NCBI GenBank assembly: GCA_028693965.1
Contig: JAQUUG010000001.1
Location: 1-45,726 of the forward strand
Length of the DNA: 45,726 bases
Origin: Bacilli bacterium
GTDB taxonomy: Bacteria > Bacillota_I > Bacilli_A > RF39 > UBA660
Direction of reading: 5' to 3'
Shown here: positions 38,864-45,726 of the stretch, in pieces
Layout of the letters: every line of letters starts with the position of its first letter
How positions within the stretch are numbered: position 1 is the first letter of the stretch
Notes under the pieces: model-generated
Told to the model about the DNA's origin: nothing
The model's database searches: none
The model's input: the letters and a program-made list of their open reading frames with translations, nothing else
Made by a program: the position numbers and the translations under genes

Positions 38864-39210
38864 TATGACGTTGATAGCGTCATTTTTTGTTTTAAAATAT
38901 ATGTGGTATGATAACCAAGTTCATTATGTTGCCTACATTTTTAACACATATATGTATTATTTTTTTCTTCGTGGTAGTAGCTATAATGATGGTAATGATT
39001 CCGGTATATTTAGTTTTCGTAGTGACACTGGTGAATATTCCTCAGCATATGGTTTTTGTACTGCCTATGTTAATCTATAGGGATTAGAATATTTTCCCTT
39101 TGCCGGCAGCAACCTAGCTGTCACCCAAAAAAGCATAAACAAAGAGAAATGACAAATAGGAAACAAAAGAATAAAATGAAACCTGCTAGGTCTTTAGGCC
39201 AGCAGGTTTC
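38864..39210 (+). repeat. intergenic composite repeat, copy 2 (long form, carries the pilin/FGE-like gene fragment)
   Basis: Segment A (38864-38914) and segment B (39127-39210) match 23412-23465 and 23498-23566. Segment B ends in a 12-bp hairpin, 39178-39190 pairing with 39199-39210. Confidence 0.75.
38865..39080 (+). pseudogene. C-terminal remnant of a paralog of the pilin/FGE-like gene at 929-2641
   Basis: KYMWYDNQVH...FLRGSSYNDGNDSGIFSFRSDTGEYSSAYGFCTAY aligns with RYVSSWYHNLGH...FIRGGSYTYGADAGVFTFVNSYGSTSSAISFRQV. By hand, 12 of 30 ungapped positions after the RG motif are identical. There is no N-terminal domain and no RBS. Confidence 0.6.
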
Positions 39211-39260
39211 ATTTCAAATAAAAATATTATATAAACTTTTTAGTCATTTTTTGATAAAGA

Positions 39261-39289
39261 TTGCTAAAAATGTCTATATATATTATAAT
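39261..39289 (+). promoter_or_regulatory. promoter of ecfA1-ecfA2-ecfT-truA
   Basis: TTGCTA at 39261-39266, 17-nt spacer, TATAAT at 39284-39289. Confidence 0.55.
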
Positions 39290-39311
39290 AGTTAGGTAAA
39301 AAGGTGATTAA

Positions 39312-40118
39312 ATGAAATATATAATAGAAATTAACAATTTGAGAGCGGGATATCATAACAAAATAATATTGGATAACTTTAGCTTGAAAATAAAAGAAAA
39401 CAGTTGGACTACTATAACAGGACCAATTGGTAGTGGAAAAAGTACCTTACTCAAAGTATTAATAGGATTACATCCTTATGAAGGTAGTGTTATTATCAAC
39501 AACTACAATTTAAAAGAAGATATAAAAAAAATAAGAGCAATTAGCGGTGTTGTCTTTGAACATTCTGATGAGAGTTTTGTAGCTGAAACAGTATTAGATG
39601 AAATGGCTTTTGTTTTAGAAAACATGAATCTAACTAAATCAGAAATAAAAAAAAGAGTTTTTGAAGTAGCTAAACAACTAAACATAGAAAAATTATTAGA
39701 TAAAAACCCTTATTTACTTAGTAATGGTGAAAAACAATATGTTGCTTTAGCAGCTATCCTAGTCATGAAACCTAAGATATTATTTTTAGATGAGGCATTA
39801 ACTAAAATAAACAATTGTGATCGTGAGAGTATTTTAAAAATATTACGTCAATATCAAAAGGGTAATAATATGACAATTGTTAATGTGACTCATGACATGG
39901 AAGAAAGTTTATACGGAGATGAACTAATTCTTATTAATAAAGGTAAAATTATTTTGAGTGGACCAAAAGAATTAGTATATAAAGAAGAAAATGTTTTTAA
40001 TAAACTAGGAATTGATTTACCTTTTATAGTAAAATTATGTCATAAATTAAAATATTATCAGTTAGTAGATGATATTATTTTAGATAAAGATAAGCTGGTG
40101 GATATAATATGGAAATAA
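39312..40118 (+). CDS. ecfA1: energy-coupling factor transporter ATPase subunit
   Basis: Walker A GPIGSGKST, an ABC signature LSNGEKQ and Walker B LFLDEA. It is the first of a tandem ATPase pair upstream of ecfT. Confidence 0.9.
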   Translation: MKYIIEINNLRAGYHNKIILDNFSLKIKENSWTTITGPIGSGKSTLLKVLIGLHPYEGSVIINNYNLKEDIKKIRAISGVVFEHSDESFVAETVLDEMAFVLENMNLTKSEIKKRVFEVAKQLNIEKLLDKNPYLLSNGEKQYVALAAILVMKPKILFLDEALTKINNCDRESILKILRQYQKGNNMTIVNVTHDMEESLYGDELILINKGKIILSGPKELVYKEENVFNKLGIDLPFIVKLCHKLKYYQLVDDIILDKDKLVDIIWK

Positions 40119-40960
40119 TATACAATAACGTAAGTTATACACATAATGCTAAAACAGTATTAAAAACAAATGTTTTTGAAAATTTAAATATGAAGATTGA
40201 AGCAGGATTAATAACTGCCATTGTTGGTAAGAGTGGAACTGGTAAAACAACTCTTTTAGAAATGTTAAATGCACTAATTATACCAAGTACGGGTAGTATT
40301 AAAGTTGGTAAATGGACTATTAACAAGAAAACAAGTATAAAAGATATAAATGAGCTTAGAAAAAATATTGGCTTAGTTTTTGAAACCCCAGAAATTCAAT
40401 TTTTTAATATTACTGTTAAAGATGAACTACTATTTGCTATGAAATGTTTTAATTATCAACTAGACAAAAGTGAAAAGCGAATTAAACAGGTTTTATTAAT
40501 GGTTGGGTTAGATGAATCATATCTAAATAGAGACCCCTATACTTTAAGTAATGGTGAAAAAAGGAAGATTGCTTTGGCTTCTATATTAACATATAATCCT
40601 AAAATAATTGCTTTAGATGAACCAACAGTTGGGTTAGATGAAGTAAGTAAAAAAAACTTAATTAAAATTCTTAACCTTTTAAAAAACAAGTATCATAAAA
40701 CAATTATTGTAGTTAGTCAAGATGTTGATTTTTTACACAACTTTGTTGATTACGTTCATGTAATTAATGACAAGAAGGTAATATTATCAGGAAATAAATA
40801 CGAAGTTTTTACTAATGTCAATTTACTAAACGAAGCGGGAATAAATGTTCCTAAAGTAATAGATTTTTCCTATCAAGTTTTACAAAAAAAACAGATCAAA
40901 TTAGGTTATCGTGACCAAATTAATGATTTAATAAAGGATGTGTATAGATGTGCTAGATAA
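40109..40960 (+). CDS. ecfA2: energy-coupling factor transporter ATPase subunit
   Basis: Walker A GKSGTGKTT, signature LSNGEKRK, Walker B IALDEP. Confidence 0.9.
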   Translation: MEIIYNNVSYTHNAKTVLKTNVFENLNMKIEAGLITAIVGKSGTGKTTLLEMLNALIIPSTGSIKVGKWTINKKTSIKDINELRKNIGLVFETPEIQFFNITVKDELLFAMKCFNYQLDKSEKRIKQVLLMVGLDESYLNRDPYTLSNGEKRKIALASILTYNPKIIALDEPTVGLDEVSKKNLIKILNLLKNKYHKTIIVVSQDVDFLHNFVDYVHVINDKKVILSGNKYEVFTNVNLLNEAGINVPKVIDFSYQVLQKKQIKLGYRDQINDLIKDVYRCAR

Positions 40961-41699
40961 TGTTATGATTGGAAGATATTATCCAATAAAGTCACAAGTT
41001 CATCAAATGAATTCATTGGCTAAAATAATATGTACTTTTTTATTTGTCATTTTATCTTTAATATCTAGTAATTTAGTATTAAATAGTTTACTTTTTTTAA
41101 TGGTTATTATAATAGTCTTAATGTCAAAAATAGAATTAAAAATTTATCTAAAAATAATATCATCTTTAAAATTATTTATTTTATTTATTATTGTTATTAA
41201 TTTGATTTTTAAAGTTTCATTATCACTAATTGCTGTTATGGTAATTAGACTTATTATAATAGTATTATATACATCTGTTTTAACATTAACAACTGCTCCT
41301 ACAGAATTAACTTATGGATTAGAACAGTTTTTATCGCCTCTTAAGTATATTGGGGTTCCTGTCTCCAAAATAGCACTCATTTTGACATTAGCTATTCGTT
41401 TCATACCTAATTTATTAGATGAAAGCAAAAGAATAATGAAAGCTCAAATAAGTAGGGGAGCTAGATATGATAGCTTTAAAAATAAAATGATTAGTTTAAA
41501 ATATTTGATAGTGCCTTTATTTATGATAACTTTCAAAAAAGCTGATGATTTAGCGCAAACAATGGAAGTAAGGCTTTTCAGTATTAATAGTAAAAAAAAT
41601 AATTATCGTTCTAATAAATGGCACTTATATGATAGTTATATGATTCTAATACATTCTTGTCTTTTATTAGCAGTAATAGTTAGTGAGGTAATAAAATGA
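40950..41699 (+). CDS. ecfT: energy-coupling factor transporter transmembrane subunit EcfT
   Basis: The MIGRYYPIKSQVHQMN N-terminus resembles EcfT (B. subtilis MIIGKYVPGTSLVHRLD, from memory), plus a conserved RFIP...ARG region. The start is uncertain: GTG 40950 has aaggatg about 10 nt upstream, and ATG 40965 is the alternative. Confidence 0.85.
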   Translation: MLDNVMIGRYYPIKSQVHQMNSLAKIICTFLFVILSLISSNLVLNSLLFLMVIIIVLMSKIELKIYLKIISSLKLFILFIIVINLIFKVSLSLIAVMVIRLIIIVLYTSVLTLTTAPTELTYGLEQFLSPLKYIGVPVSKIALILTLAIRFIPNLLDESKRIMKAQISRGARYDSFKNKMISLKYLIVPLFMITFKKADDLAQTMEVRLFSINSKKNNYRSNKWHLYDSYMILIHSCLLLAVIVSEVIK

Positions 41700-42436
41700 G
41701 GTATTTAATGACTTTTAGTTATGATGGTTCAAAATATAATGGTTATCAGAAACAACCTAAAGTTAAAACAATTCAAGGAGAGCTTGAAAAAGCTTTAAAA
41801 GTGATTAATAGTGAAGAAAAGGTAGAAGTAAGTGCTAGCGGCAGAACTGATGCTAAAGTTCATGCTTTAAAACAAAAGGCTCATTTTGATTTAACAAAAA
41901 AAATGCCTCCTGATGGTCTAAGAAAGGCACTAAATAGTTTGCTACCTCCCGATATATATATTAAAGATATGGAAATAGTTAGCGATGATTTTCATGCAAG
42001 ATATAATGTCAGAGCGAAAGAATATGTTTACAGAATAAACATGGGTGAATATGATCCAATTGAAAAAGATTATATATATCAATATAATAAAAGGTTAGAT
42101 ACGGTGGAAATGGAAAGAGCTTTAAAATATATTGAGGGAACTCATGATTTCAAATCATTTTCTAAAACCGATGATGAAAAAGACGATTTTGTTAGAACTA
42201 TTGTTCAGACTTCTTTAATAAGAGATATTAAAAATGTTAATATGGTGACAATTAGTTTTCTAGGAACAGGATTTTTACGATATATGGTTCGTAATTTAGT
42301 GGGGACATTAATTGAAATTGGTGAAGGAAAACGTAAGAGTGAAGATGTTATTGATATAATCGAAGCTAAAGATAGAAGAAAAGCTGGTAAAACGGCTAAT
42401 CCTGAGGGTCTATATTTAAAAGATGTTTTTTATTAA
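41696..42436 (+). CDS. truA: tRNA pseudouridine(38-40) synthase
   Basis: FSYDGSKYNGYQKQP and the catalytic GRTDAKVHA motif. Confidence 0.95.
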   Translation: MRYLMTFSYDGSKYNGYQKQPKVKTIQGELEKALKVINSEEKVEVSASGRTDAKVHALKQKAHFDLTKKMPPDGLRKALNSLLPPDIYIKDMEIVSDDFHARYNVRAKEYVYRINMGEYDPIEKDYIYQYNKRLDTVEMERALKYIEGTHDFKSFSKTDDEKDDFVRTIVQTSLIRDIKNVNMVTISFLGTGFLRYMVRNLVGTLIEIGEGKRKSEDVIDIIEAKDRRKAGKTANPEGLYLKDVFY

Positions 42437-42463
42437 AAAAAGTTAATTAAATTAACTTTTTTT
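42436..42463. terminator. bidirectional terminator between truA and the convergent orphan ORF
   Basis: aaaaaagttaat (42436-42447) pairs with attaactttttt (42451-42462), loop taa. Confidence 0.65.
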
Positions 42464-42829
42464 GGAATTAAGCCATTTTTTACCTTTTTCAAACATTTCT
42501 TTGCTTTTGTTAACGATATTCTCATATTGATTATTAATATGCTCTTTATAGTCAGGATTGTACGTCATAATTTGATTATCAATTTTATCAATAATCTCAA
42601 CTATTTTTTGTTTTGTATCTTCAGAAAGTTCTTTAAATGTCACTCCACTAATTGCTTTATCGTGAAAAATAAAATCAAATCCATCTTTAGTAAAATTTGT
42701 AATTTCATTTTTAATATCTTTAAAGGTTTGATTTGAAATGTTATTTTTTATGAGGATCGCCTCGCTTTCAAAAATAAACTTTACATACCTTAGTATAAAT
42801 ATTTTATGTAAAAGATGAAAATGTGTCAA
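42452..42829 (-). CDS. hypothetical protein, start codon unresolved
   Basis: The open frame is 125 codons, predicted soluble and charged (KDIKNEITNFTKDGFDFIFHDKAISGVTFKELSEDTKQKIVEIIDKIDNQ). I recognise no family. The track start is TTG without an SD and coincides with a TTGACA -35 box. Confidence 0.4.
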   Translation of the reverse strand: MTHFHLLHKIFILRYVKFIFESEAILIKNNISNQTFKDIKNEITNFTKDGFDFIFHDKAISGVTFKELSEDTKQKIVEIIDKIDNQIMTYNPDYKEHINNQYENIVNKSKEMFEKGKKWLNSKKS

Positions 42830-42887
42830 TAAATTTAATAAAATTACATATTATTATAAGAAAATAAAAGAAAAGCTGGCAAAATGA

Positions 42888-42916
42888 TTGACATTTTAAA
42901 ACAAATATAGTATTAT
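42888..42916 (+). promoter_or_regulatory. promoter of rplM-rpsI
   Basis: TTGACA at 42888-42893, 17-nt spacer, TATTAT at 42911-42916. Confidence 0.6.
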
Positions 42917-42922
42917 TTTATA

Positions 42923-43000
42923 CGGTACATTTTATTATCTCATTTTAATGAGTGTTGGGACCACTTATTATAATAAGATAAAAAAAGAGAGGGAAATGTT
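42923..43000 (+). promoter_or_regulatory. rplM 5' leader (possible L13 leader)
   Basis: An approximately 80-nt UTR with hairpin potential (ctcattttaatgag). An L13 leader family is described in Firmicutes. Homology was not verified here. Confidence 0.35.
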
Positions 43001-43435
43001 ATGAAAAATACATACATGCAAAAAAAAGAAGAATTAGTACGTAATTGGTATGTAATTGATGCGACAGATAAGAATTTAGGACGTATTGCTACAAAAGCAG
43101 CTCATATTCTAAGAGGAAAACATAAGGCAACTTTTACACCACATATTGATTGTGGAGATTATATAATTATAATTAATGCATCACAAGTTAATTTAACTGG
43201 TAATAAATTAGAAAAAAAGATTTACTATAATCATAGTGGATACCCAGGTGGTTTAAGAGAAAGAACTGCTAAAGTTATGAAAGCAGATTATCCTGTTGAA
43301 ATGTTAGAAAGAGCAGTTAAAGGAATGCTTCCAAACGGAAGATTAGGTCGTCAAATGTATAGAAAGTTATTTGTATATGCGGGTAGTGAACATCCACATA
43401 TAGCTCAACAACCAATTGAGCTTAAAATAGACTAG
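43001..43435 (+). CDS. rplM: 50S ribosomal protein uL13
   Basis: Typical L13 sequence ([16 protein letters not shown]...LRGKHK). Confidence 0.98.
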   Translation: MKNTYMQKKEELVRNWYVIDATDKNLGRIATKAAHILRGKHKATFTPHIDCGDYIIIINASQVNLTGNKLEKKIYYNHSGYPGGLRERTAKVMKADYPVEMLERAVKGMLPNGRLGRQMYRKLFVYAGSEHPHIAQQPIELKID

Positions 43436-43444
43436 GGGGTTATT

Positions 43445-43861
43445 ATGAGTAAGAGAGTATTTATAGGAACAGGAAGAAGAAAAACTTCAACAGCGCAAGT
43501 TAAAATGGTACCTGGCAAAGGTAATATAACAGTAAATGGTGTTGATGTTCGTGCTTTTTTTCCTTATGAAACAAATGTTATGGACTTAAAACAACCTTTA
43601 GTGGCAACAAATACTGACGAGTCTTTTGATATCGAAGTAACTGTAAAAGGTGGCGGTTTTACTGGTCAAACAGGAGCAATCCGTTTAGGAATTGCTAGAG
43701 CATTATTAGAATATGATAGTGCTTCTGATCCAGAAAGCGATACAAGTTTTAGAAAAATATTAAAAAGAGCTGGTTTTGTTACAAGAGATGCAAGAAGCAA
43801 GGAAAGAAAAAAACCAGGACTTAAAGCTGCAAGACGTGCACCACAATTTAGTAAACGTTAA
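43445..43861 (+). CDS. rpsI: 30S ribosomal protein uS9
   Basis: Typical S9 sequence ([12 protein letters not shown]...; C-terminal PQFSKR). Confidence 0.98.
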   Translation: MSKRVFIGTGRRKTSTAQVKMVPGKGNITVNGVDVRAFFPYETNVMDLKQPLVATNTDESFDIEVTVKGGGFTGQTGAIRLGIARALLEYDSASDPESDTSFRKILKRAGFVTRDARSKERKKPGLKAARRAPQFSKR

Positions 43862-43883
43862 TTATTTCTTAAAATATGCAACA

Positions 43884-43912
43884 AAAGATATAGTGAAAAC
43901 TATATCTTTTTA
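43884..43912 (+). terminator. intrinsic terminator of rplM-rpsI
   Basis: aaagatatagt (43884-43894) pairs with actatatcttt (43899-43909), loop gaaa, followed by a T-run. Confidence 0.75.
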
Positions 43913-43991
43913 TTATAAAATAAAGTTTTTTGAAGAGTCTATATTATAAGTAAATATAGTTTTATGGTATAATTATATTAGGAGTGATATT

Positions 43992-44867
43992 ATGTTAAGA
44001 GTTAGTAAAGAATGGAATAATTACGAGTGTTTAGATGCAGGAAATGGCGAAAAACTGGAAAATTGGAATGGTGTTATCTTAAGAAGACCTGATCCACAAG
44101 CCATTTGGAAAATAGATAAGGAAAGTAACTTATGGAAAAATCCTGATGGTTTTTATCATCGTAGTTCTAAAGGTGGCGGCAATTGGGATTTTAATCGCAA
44201 ACTGCAAGATTTTTGGACGGTTAATTTTAAAGACTTAACTTTTAAAGTTTCACCAACTAACTTCAAACATACAGGATTATTTCCCGAACAAGCAGTTAAT
44301 TGGAAATTTATGATAGATAAAATAAAGAAAAGTAATCGGAAAATAAAAGTGTTAAATCTTTTTGCTTATACAGGTGGAGCAACCATGGCTTGTTCATATG
44401 CTGGTGCTGATGTGGTTCATGTTGATGCTTCTAAAGGAATGGTTGAATGGGCAAAAGAGAACATGAAGTTATCTCACTTAGAAAACAATTCCATTAGATT
44501 TATAGTTGATGATTGTCTTAAGTTTGTAGAAAGAGAAGCAAGACGAGGAAATAAATATGATGCTATTGTCATGGACCCACCATCATATGGCAGAGGACCA
44601 AATGGTGAAGTTTGGAAGTTTGGAGATAGTATTTATAAGTTAATTGATTCTTGTATTAGTATATTAAGTGATGATCCCTTATTCCTTTTAATAAATGCTT
44701 ATACTACTGGTATATCAAGCATTGTTTTAGAAAACATCTTGAAAACAACTTTACTACCAATATATGAAAATGGCACAGTTGATGCTGGCGAAATTGGATT
44801 ACCAATTAAAAATAACGATTTAATATTGCCATGTGGAATATATGGTAGATGGGAAAAAACAAATTAA
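43992..44867 (+). CDS. class I SAM-dependent methyltransferase (RlmI/RlmK-like catalytic domain)
   Basis: FAYTGGATMA SAM-binding motif I and VMDPPSYGRG motif IV. A candidate extended -10, TGgTATAAT, lies at 43965-43973. Confidence 0.75.
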   Translation: MLRVSKEWNNYECLDAGNGEKLENWNGVILRRPDPQAIWKIDKESNLWKNPDGFYHRSSKGGGNWDFNRKLQDFWTVNFKDLTFKVSPTNFKHTGLFPEQAVNWKFMIDKIKKSNRKIKVLNLFAYTGGATMACSYAGADVVHVDASKGMVEWAKENMKLSHLENNSIRFIVDDCLKFVEREARRGNKYDAIVMDPPSYGRGPNGEVWKFGDSIYKLIDSCISILSDDPLFLLINAYTTGISSIVLENILKTTLLPIYENGTVDAGEIGLPIKNNDLILPCGIYGRWEKTN

Positions 44868-44879
44868 ATAGGTGTTTTA

Positions 44880-45542
44880 ATGAATGAAAAGTTAAATGTT
44901 TTATATGAAGATAATCATATTATAGTAGTAGAAAAAAGACCCAATATTCCTGTTCAAGAAGATATGACACATGATTTAGATTTATTAACGATAGTAAAAC
45001 AATATGTTAAGGAAAAGTATAAAAAACCTGGGAATGTGTATATTGGCATGGTTCATCGTTTGGATAGGCCAGTTGGTGGGATAATGGTTTTTGCACGGAC
45101 ATCTAAAGCTGCGTGTAGACTTACTGACGCTATAAAAAATCATGAAGTAGAAAAGAAGTATTTAGCAATTGTTGAAGGCGTATTTTCAGAAAATAGTGGT
45201 ACTTACACTGATTATCTTTTAAAGGATGAAAGAAACAATATAGTAACAGTTGATAAAAAAGGGAAAAAAGCCACGTTAAATTACAATGTAAAATCAACTT
45301 GTCATAAGTTATCATTAGTTGATATTGAATTAATAACAGGTCGTTCTCATCAAATACGTGTTCAATTTGCTCATCATGGGCACCCCTTAGTTGGTGATCA
45401 AAAATATAATAAATGTGCAAAAAGTAAGGAACAAATTGCTTTATTTGCATATAAATTATCATTTAATCATCCTGTTACTAAAGAAAAATTGTCTTTTTCT
45501 TTAGAAAAGCCAGATAAAAAACCTTGGTATATGTTTGAGTAA
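44880..45542 (+). CDS. RluA-family pseudouridine synthase (no S4 domain)
   Basis: Catalytic HRLDRPVGG motif and GRSHQIRVQ motif. Confidence 0.88.
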   Translation: MNEKLNVLYEDNHIIVVEKRPNIPVQEDMTHDLDLLTIVKQYVKEKYKKPGNVYIGMVHRLDRPVGGIMVFARTSKAACRLTDAIKNHEVEKKYLAIVEGVFSENSGTYTDYLLKDERNNIVTVDKKGKKATLNYNVKSTCHKLSLVDIELITGRSHQIRVQFAHHGHPLVGDQKYNKCAKSKEQIALFAYKLSFNHPVTKEKLSFSLEKPDKKPWYMFE

Positions 45543-45571
45543 TATTCGATATATTTAAATAGGTGAATAAT

Positions 45572-45726
45572 ATGATTAGACAAGGTTTAAAAACACTAGT
45601 GCTTTTCCTTTTCATGATACTAATAGTAAGTAGTGTCAAGGCGACAAGTGATAATGTAACCATGCCATTAGTGGGTAAAGTTATATATATTGATCCTGGA
45701 CATGGTGGGGTAGATCCAGGCGCTGT
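45572..45726 (+). CDS. cwlD: N-acetylmuramoyl-L-alanine amidase, CwlD-like (3' end outside window)
   Basis: Hand translation: MIRQGLKTLVLFLFMILIVSSVKATSDNVTMPLVGKVIYIDPGHGGVDPGA. It has a signal/anchor and the Amidase_3 DPGHGG.D.GA motif. B. subtilis also has cwlD a few genes downstream of rpsI. The specific cwlD assignment is tentative. Confidence 0.7.
   Translation, partial: MIRQGLKTLVLFLFMILIVSSVKATSDNVTMPLVGKVIYIDPGHGGVDPGA

Noticed and set aside
39178-39215. The segment B hairpin as the terminator of a small minus-strand sRNA gene.
   Set aside because: The T-rich tract is on the minus strand. However, I could not find a properly spaced minus-strand promoter between it and the ecfA promoter region, and no upstream minus-strand gene exists. 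It is left as part of the repeat finding.
1-45726. A search for CRISPR arrays, tRNA/rRNA genes, transposases, integrases, restriction-modification systems, toxin-antitoxin pairs or other defence genes.
   Set aside because: I saw none. Intergenic spacers are short apart from 23403-23972 and 38850-39311. Every long ORF except three small or orphan ones has a clear housekeeping identity.

Overview
This window is a strongly AT-rich, standard-code (TGG Trp, long ORFs under code 11) housekeeping region of a low-GC Firmicute. The best guess is Bacilli/Erysipelotrichia-like, from gene order and sporulation genes; this is a low-confidence inference. Almost everything is on the + strand and nearly collinear with blocks I recall from Bacillus subtilis:
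- mfd-spoVT
- metG-tatD(yabD)-yabE-rsmA
- tilS-ftsH
- parA-parB ... DUF951 ... ychF-rpsF-ssb-rpsR
- the complete S10-spc-alpha ribosomal protein cluster (rpsJ to rplQ, with secY-adk-map-infA-rpmJ)
- ecfA1-ecfA2-ecfT-truA-rplM-rpsI, and further downstream a cwlD-like amidase start

I found no rRNA, tRNA, CRISPR array, transposase/integrase, or recognisable defence or toxin system. I found no convincing novel multi-gene system; the window is mostly ordinary core genome. Items worth a second look:
1. An orphan gene fusing a type IV prepilin-type signal to an FGE/SUMF1-like domain, inserted between mfd and spoVT.
2. A decayed C-terminal fragment of a paralog of that gene between rplQ and ecfA. It lies in a composite repeat whose second, internally deleted copy sits in the 570-bp spacer upstream of the S10 operon.
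3. A self-contained unit (promoter, RBS, 56-codon hydrophobic ORF, palindromic hairpin) missing from the ORF track, between metG and tatD.
4. A terminator-like hairpin 10 nt upstream of dut-metG with no room for a promoter after it.
5. An orphan minus-strand ORF without a credible start between truA and rplM.
6. Lineage features: no rpmD (L30), an acidic C-terminal tail on L3, and a Rho_N-like tail on FtsH.

All calls come from reading translated motifs and sequence by eye. No database search was run.
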